A stretch of 63,160 bases of DNA, the filler included, from an uncultured Synergistales bacterium (lineage in GTDB: Bacteria; Synergistota; Synergistia; Synergistales; Aminobacteriaceae), in the NCBI GenBank assembly GCA_937897575.1. It is 4 parts of 4 records of this genome, joined end to end, with 100 filler letters (N's around TTAATTAATTAA, not from the genome) between each part and the next. Parts side by side here need not be neighbours in the genome. Positions count along the whole stretch, not along the records: positions 1 to 17,167 come from CALCQG010000146.1; positions 17,268 to 35,537 come from CALCQG010000147.1; 2 more parts are not named here. One strand, 5' to 3'. Position 1 is the first letter of the stretch; each line of letters opens with the position of its first letter. The notes beneath the pieces were generated by a model. The model ran no database searches. It saw only the letters and a list, made by a program, of their open reading frames with translations, and was not told the origin of the DNA. The translations under genes and the position numbers were made by a program. Of the stretch, positions 9,974-19,658 are shown one piece after another.

Positions 9974-10711
9974 ATGAAAAAAGAGCGACCCGTTCACCCT
10001 CTGCTGCTCCCCTATTTCCCCATAGTGAAGGGGCTGGCGAAGATCTTGGGCCCCAACTGCGAGGTTTTGCTGCACGATGTGTCCACCCCCGAGAGCTCCG
10101 TCATCGCCTGCGAAAACGCCGACATCTCCGGAAGGAGCGTCGGCGCTCCCATGACGGCCTTCGGAAGGCAGCTGCTCTCGTCGAAGGAGTACGCCGACCG
10201 CGACGGGATCTATAACTACTATTCAAGGACGGACGACGGCAAGCTGCTGAAGTGCAGCGCCATCTTCATCCGCGACAACGAGCGCAAGTTCGTGGGCATG
10301 ATCTGCGTGAACATGGACGTGACGCATATGGTCCAGGCCAAGGGGTTCCTGGAGGCCTTTCTCGGAGCGGACGAACACTCCGGGGCCTCCCTCGGGGCGG
10401 AGGTTCCCCAAAGCCCGCCCTGCGCGGCGGACACAGGCAACGGAGTACCCATCCAGACGGAGATCTTCTACAAGGAGCTCGGGGATGTATGGGAGCACCT
10501 CCTCCACGAGCTCAAGGGGTCGCTTCCGACCTCTCTGGACCGGCTCACGTCGGAGGAGACGCGGACTGTGGTCGGGAAACTCGAGGAGCAGGGATTCTTC
10601 ATGATGAAGGGGGCGGTGAACGTCCTCGCCCGGGAGATCGGAAAGAGCCCCTGCACCATTTACAACCACCTCAGGCAGCATCGCAAACAGAAGGCTTCGG
10701 AGCAGCGCTGA
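9974..10711 (+). CDS. YheO/DauR-like PAS + HTH transcriptional regulator
   Basis: GPNCEVLLHD, ISGRSVGAPMT, and C-terminal GFFMMKGAVNVLAREIGKSPCTIYNHL. Confidence 0.88.
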   Translation: MKKERPVHPLLLPYFPIVKGLAKILGPNCEVLLHDVSTPESSVIACENADISGRSVGAPMTAFGRQLLSSKEYADRDGIYNYYSRTDDGKLLKCSAIFIRDNERKFVGMICVNMDVTHMVQAKGFLEAFLGADEHSGASLGAEVPQSPPCAADTGNGVPIQTEIFYKELGDVWEHLLHELKGSLPTSLDRLTSEETRTVVGKLEEQGFFMMKGAVNVLAREIGKSPCTIYNHLRQHRKQKASEQR

Positions 10712-10756
10712 CAGGGCTCGCGGCTTCTCTGTGTTTTGGAGGGAGGGAGTTCGGTC

Positions 10757-11170
10757 ATGACAAGAGACGAAATCGTGACGAAGTGCGTCTGCACGCCCTG
10801 CCGGGTGGCGGTGGTGGGGGCCTCGCCGAAGGCCGAACGTCCGGTCTTCGGCGTCATGGAGTACCTGAAGGGCGAGGGGTTCACCCTCTTTCCGGTCAAC
10901 CCGGCCTACGCCGGGACGGAGATCCACGGGGCGGCCTGCGTCTCCTCCCTCGGGGACATCGCTTCTCCGGTGGACGTGGTTGCCCTCTTTCTGTCGGCGA
11001 AGATGCAGTCGGCGTTCCATGAGGAACTGAAGACCCTGCCGGATAAGCCCGTGGTGTGGTTTCAGCCGGGAGCCGAGAATGAAGAGCTCGAGAGAAGCTT
11101 GGCGGAGGCAGGGTACGACGTGGTATCGGGGGAATGCCTCATGGCCCTCCGCAAGGGTTGTTGCCGCTGA
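10757..11170 (+). CDS. CoA-binding protein (YccU-like)
   Basis: VAVVGASPKAERP, PVNP and VWFQPGAEN motifs. Confidence 0.85.
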   Translation: MTRDEIVTKCVCTPCRVAVVGASPKAERPVFGVMEYLKGEGFTLFPVNPAYAGTEIHGAACVSSLGDIASPVDVVALFLSAKMQSAFHEELKTLPDKPVVWFQPGAENEELERSLAEAGYDVVSGECLMALRKGCCR

Positions 11171-11280
11171 AAATCCCTTCGTTGCGAACCGTTTGCTATT
11201 TGTTATATAATTATCAAAGAGAGCGGACTTTCCGGAAAAAAACACTCCTGTCCGAACGAGTCCGGCGAGGAGGTTGAGCC

Positions 11281-11715
11281 GTGTCCATCGAGATTTCCTA
11301 CACGACACGAGTCCGGTATGGCGACACCGATCAGATGGGCGTCGCCTATTATGCCAACTATCTGGCCTGGTTCGAGGTGGGGCGGACGGAGTTCTGCCGG
11401 TCCCTCGGGAAGTCCTACGCCTTCTGGGAGGGCGAGGGCGTGTTTCTGCCGGTGGTGGAGGCCCACTGCCGCTACAAGCACCCGGCCAGGTACGACGAGG
11501 AGATCACCCTTCACACCAGAGTGGGGGAGCTTCGCCCCACGACCATAACCTTCGAATGTCGGGTAACGAGGACATCGGACGGAAAACTTCTTGCAGCGGG
11601 ATGGACGCGTCATGTTTTTGCGGACCGCGAGGGTCGGCTCATTCGCGGAGACAACCCCATGCGCCGCTGGATCGAGGCGCAGAAGAATGACGGAGGTGTT
11701 GCAGACGGTGACTAA
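11281..11715 (+). CDS. Acyl-CoA thioesterase, YbgC/FadM hot-dog family
   Basis: RVRYGDTDQMGVAYYANYLAWFEVGRTE motif. Confidence 0.9.
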   Translation: MSIEISYTTRVRYGDTDQMGVAYYANYLAWFEVGRTEFCRSLGKSYAFWEGEGVFLPVVEAHCRYKHPARYDEEITLHTRVGELRPTTITFECRVTRTSDGKLLAAGWTRHVFADREGRLIRGDNPMRRWIEAQKNDGGVADGD

Positions 11716-13567
11716 GAAGGCCATACTGCTCGGAAACGAAGCGATCGCGCGGGGAATAGTTGAGGCGGGATGTCTCGTGGCGACGGCGTATCCAGGAACC
11801 CCATCGTCGGAGATCCTTCCCGCGGTGGCGAAATACGCCGACGAGATGAACTCCCCCATGGCGGTGGAGTGGGGCGTGAACGAAAAGGTGGCCTTCGAGA
11901 CGGCCATGGGCGCCTCCTTTGCAGGTGCCCGATCCTGCGCCGTGATGAAGCAGGTCGGGCTCAACGTGGCGGCGGACCCCTTCATGAGCGTCGCGAGCTA
12001 CGAGATGAACGGCGCCCTGCTGCTCGTCGTGGCCGACGACCCGGGGCCCCACAGCTCCCAGACGGAACAGGACAGCCGGTACTTCGCCATGTTTGCGAAG
12101 ATCCCCTGTTTCGATCCGGCGTCGGCTGCCGAGGCGAAGGAGATGGTCTTCGACGCCTTCGCGCTGTCGGAGCGGTTCAAGATCATGACCATGCTCCGTC
12201 CGACGGTCCGGGTGGACCACTGCCGTCAGGACGTGGAGCTGGGCGAACTGCAGAAGCAACCGGGGACCGTCCGGTTCGAGAAGGACGCCTCCCGGTGGGT
12301 CAGCCTGCCGGCCAAGGTGCGGATCAACCATCCGAAGCTGAACAAGAAGATCGCCGACATCCGCGAGGCCTTCGAGACGGAGTTCGGCAAGTACAACTAC
12401 GAGGTGCCGCCGAAGAAGGAGGGCGTCCTCGGGATCGTGGCCTCGGGCGTGAGCTTCTCCCTCGTGACGGACATCCTGAAGGGCATGGGGCGGGAGGATG
12501 TGGGCATCCTGAAGATCGGGACACCCCAGCCCCTTCCCGTGAAGATGGTCGCGTCCTTCATGGAGAAGTACCCCAAGGTGCTCTTCCTCGAGGAGACCTA
12601 CCCCGTGATGGAGATGCAGATGCCCGACAGGACGAAGATCCTCGGGCGGTGGAACGGCGTCGTGCCGAGCGCCGGCGAGCTGCTTCCGGAGGTCATCGCC
12701 GAGATCGTGTCGAAGGTCCTGGGCCCTGGAGCGCCCGAGGCCCCAGAGACGGAGATGCTGAAGAGCGCCATCCAGGAGCTGGGCATCACCCCCAGAAAGC
12801 CCATGCTCTGCCCCGGATGCCCGCACCGGGCGAGCTTCTTCGCCATCCGCCAGGCCATTCCGAACGCCATCAACCCGTCGGATATCGGCTGCTACAGCCT
12901 CGGAGTGAATCAGAAGGGATTGGACACCGTGGTGGCCATGGGCGCCTCGGTGACGGTGAGCTCGGGGCTCTCCCTCGTGAGCAGGATTACGGACGACAAA
13001 CGGCCCATCGTGGCCACCATAGGGGACTCCACCTTCTTCCACATGGGGCTGCTCGGCCTCGTGAACGCCGTCTACAACAAGCACCCTCTTGTCCTTGCCG
13101 TTCTGGACAACAGCATCACGGCCATGACGGGCGGCCAGGCCAACCCGGCCGTGGGGACGAAGCTCCGGAAGGGCGACGAGGGGCGGGTGGTGGATATCGA
13201 GCAGGCCTGCAGAGGGTGCGGCGTGTCGCACGTGGTCACCCTGAACGCCTACGACGTGGCTGCGGGCAAGGCGGCGGTGAAGGAGGCCTGGGAGTACGCC
13301 AAGGAGCATGAAGAGCCTGCCGTGATCATCTTCCGCTACCCATGCATGCTGCTGCGCCATGAACAGGCGAAGATCCGGGTGATGGTGGACCAAGAAAAGT
13401 GCGTCGGGTGCAAATTCTGCATCAACTTCTTCAACTGTCCCGGCCTCGTGTTCAACGACGCAGCCAACAAGGCCGTAATCGACGACCGTTTCTGCGTCTC
13501 CTGCGGAGTCTGCCGGTCCGTCTGTCCGCACGGAGCCATCGTGGAAGCGTCGGGGGAGGGTCGGTAG
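11687..13567 (+). CDS. iorA: Indolepyruvate ferredoxin oxidoreductase alpha subunit
   Basis: LLGNEAIARG, YPGTPSSE, MKQVGLNVAAD, LCPGCPHR, GDSTFFH and a C-terminal ferredoxin domain. The start is uncertain (11687-11708). Confidence 0.93.
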   Translation: MTEVLQTVTKKAILLGNEAIARGIVEAGCLVATAYPGTPSSEILPAVAKYADEMNSPMAVEWGVNEKVAFETAMGASFAGARSCAVMKQVGLNVAADPFMSVASYEMNGALLLVVADDPGPHSSQTEQDSRYFAMFAKIPCFDPASAAEAKEMVFDAFALSERFKIMTMLRPTVRVDHCRQDVELGELQKQPGTVRFEKDASRWVSLPAKVRINHPKLNKKIADIREAFETEFGKYNYEVPPKKEGVLGIVASGVSFSLVTDILKGMGREDVGILKIGTPQPLPVKMVASFMEKYPKVLFLEETYPVMEMQMPDRTKILGRWNGVVPSAGELLPEVIAEIVSKVLGPGAPEAPETEMLKSAIQELGITPRKPMLCPGCPHRASFFAIRQAIPNAINPSDIGCYSLGVNQKGLDTVVAMGASVTVSSGLSLVSRITDDKRPIVATIGDSTFFHMGLLGLVNAVYNKHPLVLAVLDNSITAMTGGQANPAVGTKLRKGDEGRVVDIEQACRGCGVSHVVTLNAYDVAAGKAAVKEAWEYAKEHEEPAVIIFRYPCMLLRHEQAKIRVMVDQEKCVGCKFCINFFNCPGLVFNDAANKAVIDDRFCVSCGVCRSVCPHGAIVEASGEGR

Positions 13568-14128
13568 ATGCAGTACATCATCGTTGGAATAGGCGGGCAG
13601 GGCATCCTGTTCAGCAGCAAGGTCCTCGGGAAGATCGCCATCGACCGCGGGCTCTCCGTCGCCGGGAGCGAGGTCCACGGCATGGCCCAGAGGGGCGGCT
13701 CCGTCATCAGCCACTTCAAGATCGGCGAGTACAAGAGCCCCCTCGTGCAGGTGGGCGAGGCCGATATTCTCGTGGCCTTCGACCAGAACGAGGCCGTTCG
13801 GAACCTTCAGTACCTGAGGAAGGGCGGCACTCTCGTGGTGAACGTCCACGACGAAAAGGCCTTCGAGAACGCGAGCCTCCGAAGCTACATCGAGGCGCGG
13901 GGGATCGACGTCCGGAGCCTGAAGGGGTACGATCTCCTCAAGAAGCACATGGGCGGCAACTTCCTCTTCCTGAACGTGTTGCTCCTGGGCGCCATGTCCG
14001 GGGCGGGGATAGGGGACTTCTCCTACGACGAGGTGGCGAAGGCCGTGAAGGACCTCTCGCCGTCCAAATTCGAAGAGGACAATATGAAGGTCCTCGAGCT
14101 CGGCCGCGAGGCGACGCACAAAAAATAA
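13568..14128 (+). CDS. iorB: Indolepyruvate oxidoreductase beta subunit
   Basis: GIGGQGIL and SEVHGMAQRGGSV motifs; abuts iorA. Confidence 0.92.
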   Translation: MQYIIVGIGGQGILFSSKVLGKIAIDRGLSVAGSEVHGMAQRGGSVISHFKIGEYKSPLVQVGEADILVAFDQNEAVRNLQYLRKGGTLVVNVHDEKAFENASLRSYIEARGIDVRSLKGYDLLKKHMGGNFLFLNVLLLGAMSGAGIGDFSYDEVAKAVKDLSPSKFEEDNMKVLELGREATHKK

Positions 14129-14643
14129 TGGATGAGGCAACGGAACGGGGACGCGCATGCGTCCCCGTTCGCGTACGGAGAGGTCTCTCCCTCGCCGAAC
14201 TCCTGGTGGTCCTTCTGATCGTCGGCATCCTTTTCGGCGGGGTCGCTCTCGTCGCTCGGTCCTCCTTCTTCGGCCCTCCGTCCCCCGAACGGGTTCGGCG
14301 AGAGGGCGAACATGCCGCCATGTGGCTGCAGAGGGTCTTCCACAAGGGGCTCCTCACGGGGCGATCCTTCGTCTTTCGCCTCTCGCCCTCGGCCCCGAAA
14401 AGGACCCTGGACATACGGTGGGCGGACGACTCGACGGAGACCTACGACGGCAAGGGCATCGTCTGGTTCACGAACTACAGCGGCACGGGCGCCTACTGTA
14501 CCTACAACCCGAAGTGGAACATGGTCACTCCGGCCTTCACCGTGGAGGTGGGGACGTCGGCGGAGGTTCGACGCCCCGCATGGTATGTCGTGGTCTCGCC
14601 CTTCTGTCACGTGGATTTTCGAAAAACGCCGCCCCGGGATTGA
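14128..14643 (+). CDS. Prepilin-type N-terminal cleavage/methylation domain protein
   Basis: RRG^LSLAELLVVLLIVGIL class III signal; TAATG overlap with iorB. Confidence 0.75.
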   Translation: MDEATERGRACVPVRVRRGLSLAELLVVLLIVGILFGGVALVARSSFFGPPSPERVRREGEHAAMWLQRVFHKGLLTGRSFVFRLSPSAPKRTLDIRWADDSTETYDGKGIVWFTNYSGTGAYCTYNPKWNMVTPAFTVEVGTSAEVRRPAWYVVVSPFCHVDFRKTPPRD

Positions 14644-14732
14644 AACGCGCGCCCATTCAGGGTATATACTAAAGAGGTTCGAGACGATATCGCGTCTTTA
14701 TCTCTTTGTATCGGAAACGGAGGTAGTCATTT

Positions 14733-15272
14733 ATGGCGGCGGTGAAACCCTGGTGGAGGGAGACCATAGAGACCATCCTGTGGGCTCTCGTTCTGGCCCT
14801 TGTGCTTCGGACCTTCGTGGTGCAGGCCTTCTGGATCCCGAGCGGCTCCATGCTGCCCACCCTCGAGGTGGGGGACCGGGTGCTCGTGGCGAAGTTCTGG
14901 TATCACTTCCAGGAGCCGAAGCGGGGGCAGATCTTCGTCTTCAAGTACCCCGTGGACCCGAAGCGGGACTTCGTGAAGCGCATCGTGGGCCTTCCGGGGG
15001 ACACCGTCGAAATCAGGGACGGCGTGGTCTACATCAACGGCACGGCCCTGAGGGAGGAGTACGTGAAGAACCGGGACAGCTTCTCGCTCAGCGCCGGTCC
15101 CGTGTTCCGAGACGTGCCGGTGAAGGTCCCGGACAATCACTACCTCGCCCTCGGCGACAACCGCCCCAACTCCCAGGACAGCCGTTTCTGGGGCTTCGTG
15201 CCCAAACAGAACGTCCGGGGCCCCGTCATCTTCCGCTACTGGCCCCTGTCCCGCATAGGGCTGGTGAAGTAA
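14733..15272 (+). CDS. lepB: Signal peptidase I
   Basis: IPSGSMLPTL, FVKRIVGLPGD and GDNRPNSQDSRFWG motifs. Confidence 0.95.
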   Translation: MAAVKPWWRETIETILWALVLALVLRTFVVQAFWIPSGSMLPTLEVGDRVLVAKFWYHFQEPKRGQIFVFKYPVDPKRDFVKRIVGLPGDTVEIRDGVVYINGTALREEYVKNRDSFSLSAGPVFRDVPVKVPDNHYLALGDNRPNSQDSRFWGFVPKQNVRGPVIFRYWPLSRIGLVK

Positions 15273-15273
15273 G

Positions 15274-16104
15274 GTGGGGCGGACGGCCTGGTTTCCCGGC
15301 CATATGGCGAAGGGAAAACGGGCTCTCTCCGACCTGGCCGGAAAACTCGACGTCCTCCTGGAGGTCCGGGACGCCCGGGCTCCTCTGCTGACCTCATCGC
15401 CCATTATCAACGACCTCTCCTTCTCCTGTCCCGTGGCCGTCGTCCTGGCGAAGCGCGATCTGGCCGACGAGGAGGGCACGGCCCGATGGGTCTCGTGGTT
15501 CGCCTCGTCGGGGACGAAGTGCTGGGCCCTGAACCTTCTGAAACCCCGGATGGACGCCGTCCGCAAGGACCTTGCGTCCTTCGGCCCCGCACATCGCGAG
15601 GTGCGCCTCGCCGTGGTGGGCATCCCGAACGTGGGCAAGTCCATGGTCCTGAACGCCCTGGTGGGGAAGTCGTCGGCGCCCGTGGGAGGCATCCCGGGCA
15701 TCACCAGGGGCGTCTCGTGGTACAGGGGCAAGAACATTCTCGCCGTGGACTCGCCCGGCATCCTCGACCCCCGCGCCGGGGACGGCGTCCAGCGGGCGCT
15801 CGCATGGCTCGGAAGCAGCAAAGCCGATGTGATCGGCGGATACGACGTGATCGCCCTGGACCTGGTGGAGGCCCTGCGGCGGAGGGACCTCTGGCCCATG
15901 GTCGAGAAGAAATGGGGTGTCCCGGCACCGCTCGATCAGCCCGCCGAGACGGTCCTCGAGGCCCTGGGCCGCCGGCTGGGGTGCCTGGTTCCCGGCGGCG
16001 GGGTGGACCTTTCGGCCGCCGGCCGCCGGTTCGTCGAGGCCTTCTCGACGGGGCGCCTGGGCGCCGTGACCCTCGAGCTTCCGGGAGACCCGCCGTGGTC
16101 CTGA
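15274..16104 (+). CDS. ylqF: Ribosome biogenesis GTPase YlqF/RbgA
   Basis: WFPGHMAK, EVRDARAP, GIPNVGKS and DSPGIL motifs. Confidence 0.92.
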   Translation: MGRTAWFPGHMAKGKRALSDLAGKLDVLLEVRDARAPLLTSSPIINDLSFSCPVAVVLAKRDLADEEGTARWVSWFASSGTKCWALNLLKPRMDAVRKDLASFGPAHREVRLAVVGIPNVGKSMVLNALVGKSSAPVGGIPGITRGVSWYRGKNILAVDSPGILDPRAGDGVQRALAWLGSSKADVIGGYDVIALDLVEALRRRDLWPMVEKKWGVPAPLDQPAETVLEALGRRLGCLVPGGGVDLSAAGRRFVEAFSTGRLGAVTLELPGDPPWS

Positions 16105-16700
16105 CGAAGGGGACCGTAATCGCCGGAACGGACGAAGCCGGGCGAGGCCCTCTTGCTGGCCCCGTCGTCGCGGCGGCGGTGGTCCTGCTGCCCGCCCAGG
16201 AGGAGGAGCTTCTCGCCCTCGGCCTCGGCGACTCCAAGAAGTTGACGCCCCGCCGCCGGGAGAGGGTCTTTCAGCGCATGATCGACCTTCGGGTCTGCTG
16301 GCGGGCCCAGGCGGCCTCGAGCCTGCGGATCGACCGGATGAACATCCTCAGGGCCTCCCTGTGGGCCATGGGCCGGAGCCTCATGAAGCTCCCCGAGCCC
16401 TTCGATGTGGTCGTCGTGGACGGCACGGCACCGATCCCAGGCCTGCCCTTCCCCCAGCGACCCATGGCCGGCGCCGACGCCCTGGTCCCCGCCGTTTCGG
16501 CGGCCTCCGTCGTGGCCAAGGTCCTTCGGGACCGGGCCATGGTCGCCCTCGACGGGCTGTACCCCCAGTACGGCTTCTGCGCCCACAAGGGCTACCCCAC
16601 GGAGGCGCACCGGCGGGCCATCGCCCAGTGGGGGCCCTGTCCCGTGCACCGCATGTCCTTCTCGTGGACGGCCGTCTCCCGCTCCGAGGGGCCGCCGTGA
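16095..16700 (+). CDS. rnhB: Ribonuclease HII
   Basis: AGTDEAGRGPLAGPVVAAAV, DSKKL, SAASVVAKVLRD and HKGYPT motifs. Confidence 0.95.
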   Translation: MVLTKGTVIAGTDEAGRGPLAGPVVAAAVVLLPAQEEELLALGLGDSKKLTPRRRERVFQRMIDLRVCWRAQAASSLRIDRMNILRASLWAMGRSLMKLPEPFDVVVVDGTAPIPGLPFPQRPMAGADALVPAVSAASVVAKVLRDRAMVALDGLYPQYGFCAHKGYPTEAHRRAIAQWGPCPVHRMSFSWTAVSRSEGPP

Positions 16701-17071
16701 CGGCGAAGCACCTCGAGTTGGGCCGGGCGGGCGAGGAGACCGCCGTCCGGTATCTTGCCCGCCTCGGATGGACGATCCTCGCCAGAAACGTGACCTCGCC
16801 CTCGGGCGAGCTGGATATCGTAGCCCGGGACGGGCGTGAACTTGTGGTGGTGGAGGTCCGGACCCGGTCCGCGGGGTGGATGCAGCGGGGCGAGGAGTCC
16901 GTCGGCCCGAAGAAGCTCGTCCGCCTCGTCCGCGAGGGGAGCCGCTACGTGAACGCCGCAGGCTGGACGGGCCCCTGGCGGATCGACATCGTCTCCGTGA
17001 CGGTGCGCGACGGCGCCGAGCCGGAGGTGGAGCGTTTTGAAGACGTGACGGACGGGAGGATCGGACGGTGA
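16697..17071 (+). CDS. yraN: YraN family endonuclease
   Basis: LGRAGEETAVRYL...GELDIVARDG...VEVRTR; GTGA overlap with rnhB. Confidence 0.9.
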   Translation: MTAKHLELGRAGEETAVRYLARLGWTILARNVTSPSGELDIVARDGRELVVVEVRTRSAGWMQRGEESVGPKKLVRLVREGSRYVNAAGWTGPWRIDIVSVTVRDGAEPEVERFEDVTDGRIGR

Positions 17072-17167
17072 ACAGAATCCTGGGCATCACCCTTCGGGGC
17101 ATCGAGGCGCTCAAGGTCGAGGTGGAGGTGGAGATCACCGGAGGCCTCTTCGTCATCTCCATCGTCG
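17068..17167 (+). CDS. yifB: YifB/ComM Mg-chelatase-like AAA+ ATPase, N-terminal fragment cut by the gap
   Basis: Manual translation VNRILGITLRGIEALKVEVEVEITGGLFVISIV; typical position after yraN. Confidence 0.8.
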
Positions 17168-17267
17168 NNNNNNNNNNNNNNNNNNNNNNNNNNNNNNNNN
17201 NNNNNNNNNNNTTAATTAATTAANNNNNNNNNNNNNNNNNNNNNNNNNNNNNNNNNNNNNNNNNNNN
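17168..17267. other. Artificial contig spacer
   Basis: 44 N + TTAATTAATTAA + 44 N. Confidence 0.98.
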
Positions 17268-17290
17268 TGACCAGCGCGATCGTGCTGTGA

Positions 17291-18652
17291 TCTGCGTGGA
17301 CGGGGAGTGCTGACTGGTTCCGGGGGAGTATACGAGGCACCGCCGCAAGCGACGGGTTTTCCGCCACCCTGGGTTACACGCGCACCAAGGAGGGCGATAT
17401 GCGAATCCGGCTGCTTCCGGGCGGAGGCTACGACCACTCGCTGGACTACAGGGCGGACGACTACGTCGTCCGGCTCGACGCCAACCGATGGTTCTTCCAG
17501 GCCGGATGGGGGCGTTCGGACTCCGAATGGGACTACACGAACCTGTGGACCGGGGTACAGGCCAAAAACGTTCAGGAGATGGACTACCGGCGCTTCGTCC
17601 TCGGCTACGCCGACGGCGTCAACACCGTGAAGACGTACCACAACGTCCATGAGCGGGAGATACTGGACGACACCGGGCGCACGACCTACGGCGACTCGGC
17701 CTGGGGGCTGTCCTTCAACCGCAGACAGAGGCTGTTCGGCCTCTCCGCCGTCTGGGGGCTCGACCTGCGCCGGGAGATGGCCGACTTCAAAAACCTGAAC
17801 AACCCGTGGGGCGATGCGTCGCCCTACGACCTGACCCGAGACGGCCTGGCCCCCTACGTGGAGTTCTCCGTCCCCCTCGGGGAGGTGGCCATGGATCTCG
17901 GCCTCCGGTACGAGTACTGGAATGTGGACCAGGGGGACAGCGTGAGCGAGTTTATCCCCAGAGTCTCCTTCAACTGGGAGAGCCCGACGGGGAAGCTCTG
18001 GTACCTCACCGCCGGGCGGTTCTTCGCCATGCCGAGCTTCTATCAGATTTTCATGCCGTCCCGCTCTATGGGCCTTCCGAACCCCAATCTGAGACCCGAG
18101 CAGGGCTGGACCTACGACCTCGGCGTCCGCGACCCGGCGTCCGATACGCCCTGGAGCCTCGGCCTCTTCTACGTGGACATGGACGACAAGATCGACTATA
18201 GTTACGACCCCGTCACCTGGTTCGGTCAGTACGTCAACATCAACAGATACCGGGCATGGGGGGCCGAGGGGACGATCACCTTCCACCTCGGGGAGCACTG
18301 GAGCTACACCCAGGGGATCTCCTGGACGAAGGCCGAGGAGAAGGTCGGGAGCGGCAGCCGGTGGGGCCGGTCCGGGACGCCGCGGTGGGACGTGTCCGGA
18401 CGGTTGAACTACGCCAACGGCCCCTGGAACGCCGAGCTATCGGTCCACTACTACGGCGACCGGGAGCTGAAGAGCGCCTTTTACGACGATGACGACATGA
18501 TCTTCGTGAACGCCTCCGTGGCCTGGATGGCCGAACGGGATACGGTGCGGCTCTCGTGCACGAACATCTTCGACGAGGAGTACGTCCTCGACACCCAGGG
18601 GTACCTTGCGCCGGAGCGGCGATTCACCATCTCCTGGGAGCATACCTTCTGA
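17291..18652 (+). CDS. TonB-dependent outer-membrane receptor (BtuB-like), N-terminal plug missing at the contig edge
   Basis: Amphipathic beta strands, PNPNLRPEQG, NIFDEEY and C-terminal ISWEHTF (terminal Phe). The frame is open upstream of ATG 17399 to 17291. Confidence 0.85.
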   Translation, partial: SAWTGSADWFRGSIRGTAASDGFSATLGYTRTKEGDMRIRLLPGGGYDHSLDYRADDYVVRLDANRWFFQAGWGRSDSEWDYTNLWTGVQAKNVQEMDYRRFVLGYADGVNTVKTYHNVHEREILDDTGRTTYGDSAWGLSFNRRQRLFGLSAVWGLDLRREMADFKNLNNPWGDASPYDLTRDGLAPYVEFSVPLGEVAMDLGLRYEYWNVDQGDSVSEFIPRVSFNWESPTGKLWYLTAGRFFAMPSFYQIFMPSRSMGLPNPNLRPEQGWTYDLGVRDPASDTPWSLGLFYVDMDDKIDYSYDPVTWFGQYVNINRYRAWGAEGTITFHLGEHWSYTQGISWTKAEEKVGSGSRWGRSGTPRWDVSGRLNYANGPWNAELSVHYYGDRELKSAFYDDDDMIFVNASVAWMAERDTVRLSCTNIFDEEYVLDTQGYLAPERRFTISWEHTF

Positions 18653-18676
18653 TCATTGAGGCGGGACTGTACAGGA

Positions 18677-18706
18677 GAGCGGGGGCGGCCAAAACCGCCC
18701 CCGCTC
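18677..18706. terminator. Hairpin between the convergent receptor and tonB genes
   Basis: Perfect 12-bp stem GAGCGGGGGCGG / CCGCCCCCGCTC. Confidence 0.7.
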
Positions 18707-18707
18707 G

Positions 18708-19658
18708 TCATTTCAGGGAGAAGCGCACGGGCACCCTGGCCCTGACGGTGCCCTGATGGTCGAAGGTCCATCGCCGGACGGCCTGAATCGCGGCGTTGTC
18801 CAGCCTTGAAAAGCCGCTGCTCTGCTCGACGGAGGCCTCCGTCACCCTGCCCGACCGGATGGTGATGAGGACTGTCACCGTGCCCTCCTCGCCGCGCTTC
18901 CGGGACGTCATGGGGTACGTGGGCGCCGGTTTCTTCAGGGCTTTGAGGACCGCCACGTCCACCGGACCCGCCGAGGTCGGCACGGCGGGTTCCTTTCCCG
19001 GAGACGCCTCGCCCGGTGTGCTCGAGTACGCGGGGGACGGGTCGGTCTGCGTCGGTGTCGCGGCGGGCTGTCCGCCCTGGGTCTGCGTCGGAGTGGGAGG
19101 CGCGGCGGGCGCAGGCGCCGGTTTTTTTGCCGCCGATGCTGCCGCGGGCCTGGCTGGGGTCCTCTGGTCCGGGGGAGCGGTCTTCACAACGTTCTTCGGG
19201 GCTGGCGGGGCCGTTGGTCTCTGCACTGTCGGCGGGGGTGCGATTTTCTTCGGCTCCTCCCTCGCAGACTCGACAGGAGGCGCCACAGGGGCGGTCGGTT
19301 CGGCGACGGGTGGAGGCGTTGGCCTCTGCACCGTCGGCGTGGGTGCGATTTTCTTCGGCTCCTCCCTTGCAGGCTCGGCAGGAGGCGCCACGGGGTCGAT
19401 CGGCTGGGCGACGGGCGGGGGAGCCTCGACGGCCAGCGACGATTGCGCCGGAGGGGCGGGGAAGCGAGAGGGTATGGAGGCCGCCGCGCCGGGCGCTTCA
19501 AGCTTCTTTGCCGACACCGGCGAAGGAGGGGGAAGTTCCCGGAGGACCAGGCGGATGGCGGGGGGCTCCACGGCGCTTCGGAGGGCCGTGCCCGGCAGGG
19601 CGAAGAGCAGCCCGTGCAGGGCCAGGCTCGCCGCCACGGGGAGACCCCAACGGTTCAC
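18708..19658 (-). CDS. tonB: Energy transducer TonB
   Basis: N-terminal ASLALH anchor, Pro-rich linker, YPMTSRKRGEEGTV and SSGFSRLDNAAIQAVRRWTF motifs. Confidence 0.92.
   Translation of the reverse strand: MNRWGLPVAASLALHGLLFALPGTALRSAVEPPAIRLVLRELPPPSPVSAKKLEAPGAAASIPSRFPAPPAQSSLAVEAPPPVAQPIDPVAPPAEPAREEPKKIAPTPTVQRPTPPPVAEPTAPVAPPVESAREEPKKIAPPPTVQRPTAPPAPKNVVKTAPPDQRTPARPAAASAAKKPAPAPAAPPTPTQTQGGQPAATPTQTDPSPAYSSTPGEASPGKEPAVPTSAGPVDVAVLKALKKPAPTYPMTSRKRGEEGTVTVLITIRSGRVTEASVEQSSGFSRLDNAAIQAVRRWTFDHQGTVRARVPVRFSLK
19212..19420 (-). repeat. 105-bp (35 aa) tandem duplication in the tonB linker
   Basis: Two imperfect copies offset by 105 nt (19212 and 19317), each containing AREEPKKIAP.PTVQRPT.PP. 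Confidence 0.85.

Noticed and set aside
17212..17223. TTAATTAATTAA repeated three times in the window
   Set aside because: It is always centred in an N run and is an artificial all-frame-stop linker. Adjacency across the spacers is not biological evidence.
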